DNA of 64,000 nt from Hyphomicrobiales bacterium (GCA_021775875.1 JAJFHA010000027.1:21599-85598), one strand, 5' to 3'. Positions 6,226-17,707 are shown, counted from the first letter of the stretch. Notes: generated by a model from the letters alone, not told the origin. A program made the numbers and translations.

Positions 6226-7137
6226 TCAGGAATGTTTTTCTTTATCTAATTTATTAAAAAAACTGCTTATTTTTCCGATGCTGATGGAATCCATCAAGAG
6301 CGGTGCGTGACCCTCTTCCTTGATTTCCAGGGTTTCCATCTTGTTGTGGCGCTGGCCCATCTCAACGAGCGTAGTTTCATCGAGTAGGTCGGAATTTTCA
6401 CCTCTGATAACCAGCGTGGGAATATTACGCAGCGCCTCAAATTGAGGCCAGAGTGTTGTAACTGGTTTGGACAGGTCCAGGTCTTCGAATGGCCGCGCAA
6501 GATTGGGATCATAAGCCGGTGCGATTTCTCCATCTTTTTCCACGTATGAACGTTTGGCAAAACCCATCCAGGCATCGTTATCAAGATAAGGGAATTGGCC
6601 TTCATTCAAGGTTTTGATGAGACGAGCGGCATCTTCCCAATTATGTACCGGTGGTGTCTTGCCCACATAGCCTTTGATGCGGGCAAGGCCCTTGGCGCCA
6701 AGAACCGGGCCAATATCGTTGAGAACCACGCCAGCCATTACACCGGGGCGCATGACAGCGATGATCAAGGCCAGAATGCCGCCGCGTGATGTGCCCACGA
6801 TTCCTACATGACCAAGTCCGAGAGCAGGCATGACACTGAGCACGTCATTGGCTTCAATCTGGGAATCATAATTGCGCCAATTAGTGTCCCAATCTGATCT
6901 GCCGCGCCCTCGGCTTTCAAGAGATACGACGCGGCGAGGGTGTTTGTCGTTATAGGCCAAGTGGAGCGCTAACTCATGAAAGTCGTGGGCGTTCCGGGTC
7001 AGCCCGGGTAAACACAAGACCGGTAGGGCGTTGCTTGTCCTGTCGCCATAATCTCGCGCATGAAGTTTTAGGCCGTCATTCATGGATACGAAAACATCCA
7101 GCCAGGGCTGGGCGTCATGGTTGACTGTTGAATTCAT
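6226..7137 (-). CDS. Alpha/beta-fold hydrolase
   Basis: LCLPGLTRN oxyanion region, GTSRGG nucleophile elbow, RGENSDLL, GHAP. Start uncertain (7137 or 7155). Confidence 0.88.
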   Translation of the reverse strand: MNSTVNHDAQPWLDVFVSMNDGLKLHARDYGDRTSNALPVLCLPGLTRNAHDFHELALHLAYNDKHPRRVVSLESRGRGRSDWDTNWRNYDSQIEANDVLSVMPALGLGHVGIVGTSRGGILALIIAVMRPGVMAGVVLNDIGPVLGAKGLARIKGYVGKTPPVHNWEDAARLIKTLNEGQFPYLDNDAWMGFAKRSYVEKDGEIAPAYDPNLARPFEDLDLSKPVTTLWPQFEALRNIPTLVIRGENSDLLDETTLVEMGQRHNKMETLEIKEEGHAPLLMDSISIGKISSFFNKLDKEKHS

Positions 7138-7205
7138 CGGGACCCTGCAATTCAATGTTACTTTAACTGGAGCATACAGGTCCTTGCCTTGACGATCCAG
7201 AGGCG

Positions 7206-9461
7206 TCAGCTTCCTCCTCTTATCAAATCAATTTGAATTTCGAGCGGGTGGGCGCCATTATTCAAGCGCGCCCGATAAATTTGCAGGTTTGCCAAAACAC
7301 GCTGCACGTAGTTTCTGGTCTCATTGAAAGGGATCATTTCGATCCAGTCGATCGGGTCAATTACGCCGTCGCGCGGATCGCCGAAACTATCCATCCATTG
7401 GGTTACGCGCCCGCCGCCAGCGTTATACCCGGCAATGCTCATAATGTAGGAGCCGGAGAAACGTACCAGTAATCCTTCCAGGTAGGTCGCGCCGAGATTG
7501 ACATTATAAGACGGGTCCTGGGTCAGGCGGGCAAGGTTGTATGGTAGTTGAAGCCCGGTCGCGACTTCGCGGGCGGTCGCCGGCATCAATTGCAATAGGC
7601 CCCGCGCGCCGGAATGGCTGACGGCTGTTTGCAAAAAGGCACTTTCCTGACGGGCAATGGCGTAGGTCAGGGCAGGTTCCAAAGAGCGATTGTCATCAAA
7701 GCCTTCGGGCAACCCGGCCAAGGTGAATGCCGCATGTAATTGTGGTTGGTTTCGGATAATCGCGGCCTTGCCAATGCGGAGCGCTATATCGGCGCGGCCC
7801 AGATTTTCTGCATATTGAGCTGCCAACACAATTTCAGGATCGAATCTGTTGACGCGGCCAATCTGGACGAGAAATTTTTGCATGGAACCGAATTCACCTA
7901 GATCGGCAAATAACCGTGCCGCGAGGGCTAATTCGTTGGCTTCGAACAATTCAGTGTCTGCCGGGGTTGAAGGTGAAGTCACACCAAGGACTATTTCCGT
8001 CCGGTTGACCTCAAGCGCTGCCAATTGGCCGTAATAAGTATATTTATACCCGGCGGCGTTGGCGAAATGCTCCTGTGATAATGCTGAATTGCCACGGATA
8101 TGCTCGGTACGCCCAAGCCAGTATTCCGCACGTGACACGCTCAACGGGCTGGTAACGGCGGATCGCAACCTGGTGAAATGGTGAAGTGCGATTTCCGGGT
8201 CAAATTGATGTCTGAGCGCGATCCATCCGGCAAGAAATTCGCCTTCGGCATAATAAATTCCGGGGGGGGTATTGTGGCCTGCTGCTAGACTGAAAGCGAG
8301 GTCAGGTCTCATTTCAAGTAATACGCGGCGCACGAGCAGGCGGCGTTCCGGCCACCAGCCGCGCGCATCGGTCAGATGCTGGTTTTCAGGTGTCGAACCA
8401 ATTAAAATTTCTGCCGCTGTAACCGCGTCTCCACGGCGTCTTTTTGCCTGGGCCTTGCGTAATACAATCAACGGGTCGCTGTGCACGGATTCTGACGCAT
8501 CGGTCATAATTTTACGGGCGTTGGCGCTCCGCTTTCCGACCGCGCCGTAGGCCCGCAAAAGTTGATTGCCGAATTCACCGACCATGCGCATGATGCGGGC
8601 GGCGGCAGATGTGCGGCCGCGATAATAAAGCCGTCTTGCCCTGATACGATGGTCACTCGCATCGATGAAGTCTGAAAACTCTTCCAGAATTTTATCTTCC
8701 AGCGATCTGCTCAATTGACCCAGATGCCATACTTCATCGACCAGTTCCGCCGCTGCATCCGGGTTTCCCTGAGCCACATTCCAGCGAGCCAGAACAATTT
8801 TGCCAAGGTTGGATATCGGCTGGTGGGGCGCCAAAAGGTCCGGGAAATTATCCGGTGTGATATTTTGCAGATAAAACGCGCCTTCTTGTCGTACCCTGAT
8901 TTGGTCCAGGTCCGGCCAGGTTGGGTGGGCGGCAATAAACTCTCCGATCCTTTCAGGTGACGCATGGATGGCGGCTCCTCGAACATAGAGCCATTCCGCG
9001 ATGTCGCGGGCAAGCGGGTCAACAATTGTTCCCTGTATGGATAAAGCCGAGACAATGGCTTCATCACCAAGTAGTGAAATAAAATTCTGCGTTGCGTAAT
9101 AATCTTCCGTTCCGACAATTCTGGATGGGGGAGGCGGATCAGAGGGGCGTAATGATGGGACCACCATACCATGTGATACCGTTTCTTCCCGCCTTTCCGC
9201 CTGTTCCGTGCTGCTTTGAGCCGGACGAATTTCGGGAACCGGCGGTTCACCGAGTTCAGATTCGGGGCGAAATTGTGGAATGGGGGCATCTTCAGTCGCG
9301 GCAAGAATTGGCGATACGAAAATTGTTGCGGTAAGGAACAGGCCGGAAATCAAGACCCACGCCGTCTTGCGAAAAAAACCGTCAATCTCACCGATTTTCA
9401 ATTTTTCCCCCCGCATTTGAGCTTGGCCCTGATTCTGACGGATTTCCGTCATATTCGTCAC
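7206..9461 (-). CDS. slt: Soluble lytic transglycosylase (Slt70-like)
   Basis: AIARQESAF, SGARGLLQLMPATA, AGYNAG, ETRNYVQRV; helical repeats and a Pro-rich N-terminal linker. Start uncertain. Confidence 0.9.
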   Translation of the reverse strand: MTNMTEIRQNQGQAQMRGEKLKIGEIDGFFRKTAWVLISGLFLTATIFVSPILAATEDAPIPQFRPESELGEPPVPEIRPAQSSTEQAERREETVSHGMVVPSLRPSDPPPPSRIVGTEDYYATQNFISLLGDEAIVSALSIQGTIVDPLARDIAEWLYVRGAAIHASPERIGEFIAAHPTWPDLDQIRVRQEGAFYLQNITPDNFPDLLAPHQPISNLGKIVLARWNVAQGNPDAAAELVDEVWHLGQLSRSLEDKILEEFSDFIDASDHRIRARRLYYRGRTSAAARIMRMVGEFGNQLLRAYGAVGKRSANARKIMTDASESVHSDPLIVLRKAQAKRRRGDAVTAAEILIGSTPENQHLTDARGWWPERRLLVRRVLLEMRPDLAFSLAAGHNTPPGIYYAEGEFLAGWIALRHQFDPEIALHHFTRLRSAVTSPLSVSRAEYWLGRTEHIRGNSALSQEHFANAAGYKYTYYGQLAALEVNRTEIVLGVTSPSTPADTELFEANELALAARLFADLGEFGSMQKFLVQIGRVNRFDPEIVLAAQYAENLGRADIALRIGKAAIIRNQPQLHAAFTLAGLPEGFDDNRSLEPALTYAIARQESAFLQTAVSHSGARGLLQLMPATAREVATGLQLPYNLARLTQDPSYNVNLGATYLEGLLVRFSGSYIMSIAGYNAGGGRVTQWMDSFGDPRDGVIDPIDWIEMIPFNETRNYVQRVLANLQIYRARLNNGAHPLEIQIDLIRGGS

Positions 9462-9644
9462 AATAGTGCGATATGGACAGAAAGTGGCATTTCGAAGATG
9501 CTAAACTACTTTTAGTTTTACCATAGCTACGTAATGTGGCTTAGAATCCTACGTTCGCCTTGTGTCCGTATCTGGGAATGACTATGGTCCGCGACGAAGA
9601 TTGATGGCGGCATTTGCTTGCCATTAGAACCGGAGTGTTTCGAA

Positions 9645-10523
9645 ATGTTTACGGGTTCAATTACCGCACTGATTACGCCATTCAGAGATGGTGCGGTGGA
9701 TGAGAAATCCTTTCAGGAATTTGTCGATTGGCAGATTACAGAGGGAACCCATGGCCTTGTGCCCGTTGGGACCACCGGTGAATCTCCCACACTTACAACT
9801 GAAGAGCATATGCGGGTCGTGGACCTTTGTGTTGAAGCGGCTGGCGGTCGGGTTCCGGTTATTGCCGGGGCTGGGTCCAATTCCACAGCCGAAGCGGTGG
9901 AATTTGTAAAGCACGCCAAGGCGTCCGGCGCGGACGGCGCTCTTGCGGTTTGTCCTTATTACAACAAGCCGATGCAAGAGGGGTTGTATCAACATTTCAA
10001 GGCCTTGAACGATGCGGCTGAGATTCCGATTCTGATCTACAATATTCCTCCGCGTTCTGTCGTGGATATGAGCGTTGAGACCATGGCGCGACTATTTGAG
10101 TTGCCCAATATTGTTGGCGTCAAGGATGCGACCGCAGATTTGGCGCGGCCAAGCTTGCAGCGCCATGCGATGGGGCCTGAATTCCTGCAATTTTCCGGTG
10201 AAGACGCGACGGCGCTGGCCCATAGGGCGCATGGTGGACATGGCTGTATTTCAGTTACTTCAAATGTTGCGCCCGGGCTTTGTTCGGCATTTCAAAATGC
10301 GTGCGCGGTTGGCCGTTATGACCGTGCTCTGGAAATACAGGATCTGCTGATGCCGTTGCATGATGCGCTTTTTGTCGAATCCAGCCCTGGGCCTGTCAAG
10401 TATGCGGCCGAATTGCTTGGCAAATGCGGTGACCAAACCCGGTTGCCGCTGGTGCCTGTTAGCGAAACAACCAAACAGGTTGTGCGCGACGCCATGGTCC
10501 ATGCTCGAATCCTGAACGGTTGA
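9645..10523 (+). CDS. dapA: 4-hydroxy-tetrahydrodipicolinate synthase
   Basis: [38 protein letters not shown]. Confidence 0.97.
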   Translation: MFTGSITALITPFRDGAVDEKSFQEFVDWQITEGTHGLVPVGTTGESPTLTTEEHMRVVDLCVEAAGGRVPVIAGAGSNSTAEAVEFVKHAKASGADGALAVCPYYNKPMQEGLYQHFKALNDAAEIPILIYNIPPRSVVDMSVETMARLFELPNIVGVKDATADLARPSLQRHAMGPEFLQFSGEDATALAHRAHGGHGCISVTSNVAPGLCSAFQNACAVGRYDRALEIQDLLMPLHDALFVESSPGPVKYAAELLGKCGDQTRLPLVPVSETTKQVVRDAMVHARILNG

Positions 10524-10538
10524 AGCCGTATATGAACA

Positions 10539-11009
10539 ATGGCAAAAGAAAAAAGCACCTATAGAGCCGTTGCGGAAAACCGCAAGGCGCGGTTCAACTA
10601 TGAACTTATGGAAACGTTTGAGGCTGGGCTCCAATTGAAGGGCTCTGAGGTCAAAGCGCTTCGTTTGGGCAAGGCCAATATTGCAGAATCATACGCTAGC
10701 GTTGAAGACGGCGAATTGTGGCTGATCAATTCCAATATTCCGACTTATGCCCAGGCAGCGCGTGAGAACCACGAACCGCGGCGCCATCGCAAATTGCTTT
10801 TGAAACATCGCGAGATCAACAAGCTTATAGGTGGAATCGAGCGGGACGGCATGACGATTGTACCGCTCCGGCTTTATTTCAACGATCGCGGGCTCGCCAA
10901 ATTGCAAATCGCGCTGGCGCGGGGCAAGAAGCTTCATGACAAACGCCAGACCGAAAAAGACCGGTCCTGGCAGCGGGAAAAACAACGCGTGATGCGCGAA
11001 CGCGGGTGA
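10539..11009 (+). CDS. smpB: SsrA-binding protein
   Basis: [36 protein letters not shown]. Confidence 0.97.
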   Translation: MAKEKSTYRAVAENRKARFNYELMETFEAGLQLKGSEVKALRLGKANIAESYASVEDGELWLINSNIPTYAQAARENHEPRRHRKLLLKHREINKLIGGIERDGMTIVPLRLYFNDRGLAKLQIALARGKKLHDKRQTEKDRSWQREKQRVMRERG

Positions 11010-11015
11010 TAATGG

Positions 11016-11663
11016 TTACGCGTCTAAGTCTGATCTGATTCTTTTAAAAACTGCATCAAACATATCGCCCGTCAATCGACCGGTATTGGTATTGTAACGG
11101 GAGCAATGGTAGCTGTCGTAAAGCTGGATTTCAGGGCTTAGCTGGTGTCTTCCTTCATGGCCAAACGGGTGTGCGGCCAGGCGTAATTCGAAGGCCCTGA
11201 TCACGTTGTCGTGGGCGATTTTTCCGAGCGCGAGGATCGCTTCTAAACGTGGCATAGCGTCTATTTCTGCGCGTAAAAATGGCCTGCAGGCATTCATCTC
11301 GGCACCAATTGGTTTGTTTGCGGGTGGCACGCAGCGCACTGCGTTCGCGATCCGGCATTCAAAAAGCTGGAGATTGTCATCTACGTGAGCGGCGAAATTG
11401 TCGCTCGCAAATCCAAACTTTGCCAAAGTCGGATAAAGCAGATTTCCTGCATGGTCTCCAGTGAACGGACGCCCGGTACAATTGGCGCCACGTAATCCAG
11501 GCGCCAGGCCGACAACCAGAAACCGTGCGTTGAGAGAGCCGAAAGACGGGACCGGGGCATTATGCCAGTCTGGATATTTCGCCCGTTGTTCGAGACGGAA
11601 TTCAACCAACCTAGGACAAAGCTGGCAATCGTGGTCAGGCGTGTTTTTTAAAAAAGGATTCAA
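11016..11663 (-). CDS. Uracil-DNA glycosylase, Fe-S type (family 5-like)
   Basis: CxxC, GLAPGLRGANCTGRPFTGD, RCVPPANKP, YHCSRYNTNTGRLT. Confidence 0.9.
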   Translation of the reverse strand: MNPFLKNTPDHDCQLCPRLVEFRLEQRAKYPDWHNAPVPSFGSLNARFLVVGLAPGLRGANCTGRPFTGDHAGNLLYPTLAKFGFASDNFAAHVDDNLQLFECRIANAVRCVPPANKPIGAEMNACRPFLRAEIDAMPRLEAILALGKIAHDNVIRAFELRLAAHPFGHEGRHQLSPEIQLYDSYHCSRYNTNTGRLTGDMFDAVFKRIRSDLDA

Positions 11664-11684
11664 TTACAACGACCCGGTGCCGGT

Positions 11685-12311
11685 TCAAGTGTCGACGAGT
11701 TCGTCTTCTTCCTGATCATAATAGGCGTTTTCATTCGTCTCTTGGGATTCGGGTCGTGCGTTACGATTGGCAGGGCGGGCAATAGTACCGTCAAATTCAA
11801 CCAGATCAATAAAATGATCGGCCTGGCGGCGCAATTCGTCGGCAATCATCGAAGGTTGCGTTGATGTTGTGGAAATTACGGTAACCCTCAATCCTTTTTT
11901 CTGTACGGCTTCGACTAATGAGCGAAAATCTCCATCGCCGGAAAACAGGACAACATGGTCCAGATAAGGGGCAAGTTCGAGAACGCCAACGGCAATCTCG
12001 ATATCCATATTGCCTTTAATTTTGCGTCGACCGGCTTCGTCATAGAATTCCTTGGCCGGTTTGGTGACCATGGTATAGCCGTTATAATCCAGCCAATCGA
12101 TCAAAGGGCGTATCGAAGAATATTCCTGATCTTCAATAATCGCTGTGTAATAAGTGGCACGCACAAAATAAGTTTGGTTCCGAAAAAAATCCAGCAGCCG
12201 CTTATAATCAATCTCCAGAGAAAGCGCCTTCGCGGCAGCATACATGTTGGCACCATCGAGGAACACGGCAACGCGTTCTGTGGGTTTAAACAGTGTTTCA
12301 ATTTTGGTCAT
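11685..12311 (-). CDS. NYN-domain (LabA/DUF88) protein
   Basis: FLDGAN, KGNMDIEIA, LFSGDGDF, ELRRQAD. Confidence 0.93.
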   Translation of the reverse strand: MTKIETLFKPTERVAVFLDGANMYAAAKALSLEIDYKRLLDFFRNQTYFVRATYYTAIIEDQEYSSIRPLIDWLDYNGYTMVTKPAKEFYDEAGRRKIKGNMDIEIAVGVLELAPYLDHVVLFSGDGDFRSLVEAVQKKGLRVTVISTTSTQPSMIADELRRQADHFIDLVEFDGTIARPANRNARPESQETNENAYYDQEEDELVDT

Positions 12312-12485
12312 GAAAATTGTTCTTAATAAAAAGCATGTTTAGATTACTTGGAACAGAATTTAGGGGCATTTCAAGGTACGCAATCCGAGTAGAGATGATT
12401 TGTAGTCGAAATCATTTTATACGCGGAAATGTTATGTGTAAACGGAGTAAATTGTCATCCATTTCTTGGATGCTGTGAGGTGGCC

Positions 12486-13052
12486 ATGATCTTAATTTCG
12501 TTTGGCAGTAATCTAAGAGGGCACTTTGGGGGGTCCGAGGCGACGCTACGTCAATCTTTTACGTTATTGGCAAAAAATGGCATTGACGTGGTTGCACTGT
12601 CCGGGCTGTACGAAACACCACCAGTTGGCCCGGGTCGCCAGAATAATTATCTCAACGCGGTTGCGCAGGTAGAGACGCGGCTTTCTCCTGCCAGCCTGAT
12701 TAAAATTCTTTTGAGAATTGAAATCGCATGTGGCCGACGACGTGGGCCTCGTTGGTCTGCACGGGTTCTCGATCTCGATCTATTGGCGTATCGCCGCATG
12801 GTATTTGGGTGGGGTGAGGGGATCAATCAATTACGGGACGGTCGCGCTGCTGCATCGCATCTGGTTATTCCGCATCCGCGCATGGATTTCAGGCCGTTTG
12901 TGCTTCGCCCGATGATTGATATAGCTGCGGAATGGCGACACCCCGCCTTGGGTTTGACAGCCTTGCAGCTTTTGCACGGCGTCGAAAAATCAAGTGAGAC
13001 GCAAGGGATTATAAGAATATCAAATCCGAATTGGGGTTCAACCGAAATTTGA
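12486..13052 (+). CDS. folK: 2-amino-4-hydroxy-6-hydroxymethyldihydropteridine pyrophosphokinase
   Basis: ISFGSNL, YLNAV, RWSARVLDLDLL, IPHPRM..RPFVL. Confidence 0.93.
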   Translation: MILISFGSNLRGHFGGSEATLRQSFTLLAKNGIDVVALSGLYETPPVGPGRQNNYLNAVAQVETRLSPASLIKILLRIEIACGRRRGPRWSARVLDLDLLAYRRMVFGWGEGINQLRDGRAAASHLVIPHPRMDFRPFVLRPMIDIAAEWRHPALGLTALQLLHGVEKSSETQGIIRISNPNWGSTEI

Positions 13053-13083
13053 GGGCAAAAATCAAGTGAGACGCAAGGAATTA
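12985..13083 (+). repeat. 27-bp direct repeat, two copies 72 bp apart
   Basis: AAAAATCAAGTGAGACGCAAGG(G/A)ATTA at 12985-13011 and 13057-13083. Confidence 0.85.
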
Positions 13084-13161
13084 CTTGCGTTTTTACTCAT
13101 GTGGGCATACATAGCGCGTATATCAGATATTTAAAAAACCAACCTGCGAAAGGGCCTGCCC

Positions 13162-13545
13162 ATGGCTCGCGTAACCGTTGAAGACTGCATTGATAAGGTA
13201 GAGAGCCGTTTTGAGCTCGTTTTGCTGGCTGCCCACCGGGCCCGGGAAATTTCTGAAGGCGAGCCGCTCACGATTGATCGCGACCGGGATAAAAACCCTG
13301 TAGTAGCTCTTCGTGAAATCGCCGGGGAAACAATCCTTGCCGGTGATGTGCGGGAAGAACTGATCCATTCGCTGCAAAAATATGTTGAAGTGGATGAACC
13401 CGACGACGAGGATGTAATCGTACTTGCGAATGAATCATCTGAAGACGGGGAATCGGGCGATCAAATGGACCGCATGTCAGAGGAAGACCTTCTCAAAGGT
13501 CTTGAAACCATGCTTGCGGCAGAAGGTGATTCAGACCGCCGTTAA
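13162..13545 (+). CDS. rpoZ: RNA polymerase omega subunit
   Basis: MARVTVEDC...[15 protein letters not shown]...[12 protein letters not shown]. Confidence 0.97.
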   Translation: MARVTVEDCIDKVESRFELVLLAAHRAREISEGEPLTIDRDRDKNPVVALREIAGETILAGDVREELIHSLQKYVEVDEPDDEDVIVLANESSEDGESGDQMDRMSEEDLLKGLETMLAAEGDSDRR

Positions 13546-13617
13546 TCCAGTTCGGACTTTTGCCAGAATTGGCATTGGGCACGGGTATATGCTGATCCTT
13601 CGTGAAGCGGAGACGGT

Positions 13618-15855
13618 ATGACCCGGCAGATTGAACTAGTAGAAAAAGTAGGATCCTACAATCCAGGCACGGATGAGGCGCTGCTCAACCGTGCCTATGT
13701 CTATGCTATGAAAGCCCATGGCAGCCAGAAGCGAGCATCCGGCGAAGCCTATATTACCCATCCTCTTGAAGTTGCGAATATTTTAGCCGATCTCCATCTT
13801 GATGATGCTTCGATTGCGGCAGCCTTGTTGCACGATACGATCGAGGATACCCAGGCGACGCAGTCCGAAATTGCTCAACAATTCGGGGCCGAGATTGCTG
13901 ATATTGTTGAAGGCCTGACCAAAATCAACAAACTTGATCTTGTCTCAAAGCGTGCCAAACAAGCCGAGAATTTCCGCAAACTCCTGCTCTCGGTTTCCAA
14001 TGACGTGCGGGTGCTGCTGATCAAACTTGCCGACCGTCTGCATAATATGCGGACGCTTGATCACGTGGCGCCGGAAAAACGCACCCGGATCGCGCAAGAA
14101 ACCATGGATATCTATGCACCATTGGCTGGGCGTATGGGGATGCAGGAAATTCGTAGTGAGCTGGAAGACCTTGCATTCCGTTACCTGACGCCAGAAGCGT
14201 TTGAGATGGTGAATGAGCGGCTGGAAGCGCTGCGCGAGAAAAACACCGACCTGATCAAAGAAATTTCTGATGAACTTGGGCATCGTCTGGAAGAAGCCGG
14301 GATTACGGCAACCGTAACCGGGCGGGAAAAACGGCCCTATTCAATTTGGCGGAAGATCGAACGGAAATCCATTTCGTTCGAGCAGCTATCGGACATTTAC
14401 GGATTCCGCATCACTGTTGAAGATGAAGCTGCGGCCTATCAAGCGCTCGGGATTGTGCACACAACCTGGCCGATGGTTCCAACCCGGTTCAAGGATTATA
14501 TCTCGACACCGAAGCAGAACGATTATCAATCGATTCATACAACGGTGATTGGGCCGGGTCGTCAAAGGGTCGAACTGCAAATTCGCACCCACGCCATGGA
14601 TGATGTGGCTGAATATGGCATCGCAGCGCACGCATTTTACGCGGATACGGGTGATGGAGCCTCAGCTCGCTCAAAATCCCACGTCAAAGACACCAAAGCT
14701 TATAGGTGGTTACGGCAGCTTGTAGATAGTTTGGAAGAGGGCGATCATCCGGAGGAATTCCTGGAGCACACCAAGCTCGATCTATTTTACGATCAGGTTT
14801 TTTGCTTTTCTCCCAAAGGAACACTGATCGCGCTGCCTGTAGGTGCCAAGCCAATCGATTTTGCCTATGCGGTGCATACCGATATAGGCAATACCTGCGT
14901 TGGCTGCAAAATTAATGGCAAAGTGTCGCCGTTATTTGACGAATTGCACAACGGCGACGAAGTGGAAATTATCTGCTCGAAAACCCAGACACCGCCACTC
15001 GTTTGGGCTGATCTGGCGGTAACCGGCAAGGCAAAAGCGGCGATCCGCCGGGTTACCCGCGAAGCGGCACGGGGGCAATATACCAGTCTTGGCAAGAAGA
15101 TACTGGAGCGTTCGTTTGAACGTGCAGGACGGGCTTACTCAGAGGAACGCATTGAGGGTGCGCTAGCGCGTCTTGCCTTCAGCCGACTTGACGATGCTTT
15201 CGTCGCTGTGGGGCGCGGTGAAACATCTTCGAATGATGTACTTCAGGCTGTGTATCCCGACTATCAGGAATCCCGCCCGGTTCAAAAAGTGACCGGAAAG
15301 GTGGACGAAGGTTGGTTCGGAATACGGCGGGTCATGGGATTAAAATTCAGAATTCCCGGCAGAAATCGTTCAAAATCCGCCAAAGCAGATAGCAAAGAAA
15401 TCAGACAGAACATTCCGATCCATGGGTTACATGGCGACCTCCCAGTAGATTTTGCCAGCACGGGCGCTGTTCCAGGTGATAGAATCGTTGGTATTCAAGA
15501 ACCGGGGAAGGGAATTAAGATATTTCCAATTGAGTCCCCCAACTTGAGGCAATTCGACAACCAGACCGATCAATGGCTTGATGTAATGTGGGATATTGAC
15601 CCGGAAAATGCAGACCGATTTCCAACGCGCATCCGTGTGATGGTTATGAACGAGCCAGGCGCACTTGGTGAGATCGCGACTTTGATCGGAGAGCAGGATG
15701 GCAATATCGACAGTTTGGATATTATTGGCCAGACCCGTGATTTCCGGGAAATGATTATTGATCTTGAGGTATGGGACGCCAAACACCTGAATGGCATTAT
15801 TTCACATTTACGCAAAATGCCTGGCGTGAATGAAGCTGAACGTGTCATTGGGTGA
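13618..15855 (+). CDS. spoT: Bifunctional (p)ppGpp synthetase/hydrolase (Rsh)
   Basis: HD domain (LLHDTIED, KLADRLHNMRTL), synthetase (GREKRPYSI, KDYISTPK, ELQIRT), TGS and ACT domains. Confidence 0.96.
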   Translation: MTRQIELVEKVGSYNPGTDEALLNRAYVYAMKAHGSQKRASGEAYITHPLEVANILADLHLDDASIAAALLHDTIEDTQATQSEIAQQFGAEIADIVEGLTKINKLDLVSKRAKQAENFRKLLLSVSNDVRVLLIKLADRLHNMRTLDHVAPEKRTRIAQETMDIYAPLAGRMGMQEIRSELEDLAFRYLTPEAFEMVNERLEALREKNTDLIKEISDELGHRLEEAGITATVTGREKRPYSIWRKIERKSISFEQLSDIYGFRITVEDEAAAYQALGIVHTTWPMVPTRFKDYISTPKQNDYQSIHTTVIGPGRQRVELQIRTHAMDDVAEYGIAAHAFYADTGDGASARSKSHVKDTKAYRWLRQLVDSLEEGDHPEEFLEHTKLDLFYDQVFCFSPKGTLIALPVGAKPIDFAYAVHTDIGNTCVGCKINGKVSPLFDELHNGDEVEIICSKTQTPPLVWADLAVTGKAKAAIRRVTREAARGQYTSLGKKILERSFERAGRAYSEERIEGALARLAFSRLDDAFVAVGRGETSSNDVLQAVYPDYQESRPVQKVTGKVDEGWFGIRRVMGLKFRIPGRNRSKSAKADSKEIRQNIPIHGLHGDLPVDFASTGAVPGDRIVGIQEPGKGIKIFPIESPNLRQFDNQTDQWLDVMWDIDPENADRFPTRIRVMVMNEPGALGEIATLIGEQDGNIDSLDIIGQTRDFREMIIDLEVWDAKHLNGIISHLRKMPGVNEAERVIG

Positions 15856-15969
15856 CCAGAATTTATACCGCTCTTTTCAATTCCTCTTATTGCGAATTTA
15901 CCGGATCATCACTATTTTAATCGGATAGTGGATATCAGAAGCACTTCAATTATTTGTCTGTAATCAGTT

Positions 15970-16536
15970 ATGCTTTTCGGACGACGCGATAAACCTGACC
16001 TTGCCGAGCGCGTGCGGGTGTTTTTTTGGCCGCGCCGGGGTTGGGTCAGATCAAGCCGCTATGTTCTGAAACGAGTACTCAGGCTGTCCGGTAGTCCGCA
16101 TGCCATTGCTCTTGGGGTGGGTGCCGGGGTGTTTGCCTCATTTACACCGTTTATCGGATTTCATTTTATCCTGGCAGGCCTGATTGCCTGGCTGATTGGC
16201 GGTAACCTGCTTGCGTCGGCGCTTGGAACGTTTGTGGGTAACCCTCTGACATTCCCGTTTATCTGGGCGTCTACCTACGGTATTGGCAATTGGATACTTG
16301 GTGTGAATGCGCATGCTGCTCTTGAGATTGATCTCGAACCCGGGTTGCTGGAAGGTTCGTTTGTTACCTTGTTGCCAATTATGAAGCCAATGTTCGTTAG
16401 CGGAATTCCACTAGGTATATTTGTGGCGCTTATGTTTTATTTTCCGGTTCGTGCAGGTATAGATATCTATCAACAGAGGCGGCGGGATCAATTGCGGGCG
16501 AGTGTTGATGGCAATGGTCAGGGGATGGAATTTTGA
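15970..16536 (+). CDS. DUF2062 membrane protein
   Basis: SPHAIALG, GNPLTFPFIW; usual neighbour of rsh. Confidence 0.85.
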   Translation: MLFGRRDKPDLAERVRVFFWPRRGWVRSSRYVLKRVLRLSGSPHAIALGVGAGVFASFTPFIGFHFILAGLIAWLIGGNLLASALGTFVGNPLTFPFIWASTYGIGNWILGVNAHAALEIDLEPGLLEGSFVTLLPIMKPMFVSGIPLGIFVALMFYFPVRAGIDIYQQRRRDQLRASVDGNGQGMEF

Positions 16537-17309
16537 AACCATTGCTGAACGAATTGCGGCTTGGTGTAAATATCGATCATGTGGCAACCATCAGGAATGC
16601 GCGCGGCGGAATTCATCCGGATCCTGTACGCGCGGCGCTGATGGCCGCTGATGCGGGCGCTGACGGCATTACGGCTCATCTGCGTGAAGATCGCCGACAC
16701 ATCAGTGATGACGATATTGCCCGGCTTCGCAGCAATGTTGCGCTTCCTCTCAATCTGGAAATGGCGGCAACAGAAGAAATGCTGGCGATCGCGCTTAGGC
16801 ATATTCCTAATGCTGTCTGTTTGGTACCGGAAAAACGTCAGGAATTAACCACTGAAGGTGGTTTGAACATCTACCGGAATAAGAAATATCTGCATGATTT
16901 CATTCAGGCGCTTAAAGCAGCTGGGACCAGGGTATCGCTGTTCATAGATCCAAGCGGCAAACAAATCGAAGCAGCCGCTGAGATTGGTGCTGATATAGTT
17001 GAATTGCATACAGGACGCTATTGCGAAGTGGTACTGGGCGCTGACCGGAAAGAAGAGGCCAGGGAATTGAAACGCCTTGTTGAAGGTGCAACGTTTGCTG
17101 CAGGATTCGGTTTGGAGGTACATGCTGGCCACGGGCTCGATTTTGAAACTGTAAAACCGGTCGCCGCCATTCCTGAATTGGTTGAACTGAATATCGGCCA
17201 TTTTTTAATCGGTGAAGCGATTTTTATCGGCATGGAAGCTGTTGTAACGGATATGCGGAAAATCATGCATGAAGTACGTTTGGGTGTGAATGCAGAGCCA
17301 ACGCCGTGA
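16533..17309 (+). CDS. pdxJ: Pyridoxine 5'-phosphate synthase
   Basis: [38 protein letters not shown]. Confidence 0.97.
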   Translation: MKPLLNELRLGVNIDHVATIRNARGGIHPDPVRAALMAADAGADGITAHLREDRRHISDDDIARLRSNVALPLNLEMAATEEMLAIALRHIPNAVCLVPEKRQELTTEGGLNIYRNKKYLHDFIQALKAAGTRVSLFIDPSGKQIEAAAEIGADIVELHTGRYCEVVLGADRKEEARELKRLVEGATFAAGFGLEVHAGHGLDFETVKPVAAIPELVELNIGHFLIGEAIFIGMEAVVTDMRKIMHEVRLGVNAEPTP

Positions 17310-17707
17310 TTATCGGCATTGGCAACGATATTATAGATATCAGGCGAATTGAAAAAACGCTTCTACGTTTCGGACCCCGCTTTACCGACCGGATTTTTAC
17401 CAAACTTGAGCGTGAAAAATCCGACGGGCGGAAGTTACGTGCGGCGTCATATGCAAAACGATTTGCGTCCAAGGAAGCCTGTTCCAAAGCCCTAGGCACC
17501 GGGTTTCGTCGTGGTGTTTTCTGGCGCGATATGGGCGTGGAAAACCTGCCTTCCGGCAAGCCGACCATGCTGTTAACCGGTGGCGCCAGATTGCAACTGG
17601 ATCGGATCACGCCGGATGGTAGTGAGCCGGTTATTCATCTGACAATTACTGATGATTGGCCCATGGCTCAGGCGATTGTGATCATCGAGGCGCACAGACC
17701 CGGTTAG
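17306..17707 (+). CDS. acpS: Holo-ACP synthase
   Basis: [24 protein letters not shown]. Confidence 0.96.
   Translation: MIIGIGNDIIDIRRIEKTLLRFGPRFTDRIFTKLEREKSDGRKLRAASYAKRFASKEACSKALGTGFRRGVFWRDMGVENLPSGKPTMLLTGGARLQLDRITPDGSEPVIHLTITDDWPMAQAIVIIEAHRPG

Noticed and set aside
12985-13083. Repeat-spacer-repeat as a mini CRISPR array
   Set aside because: Only two repeats, one inside folK coding sequence, and no cas genes or leader.
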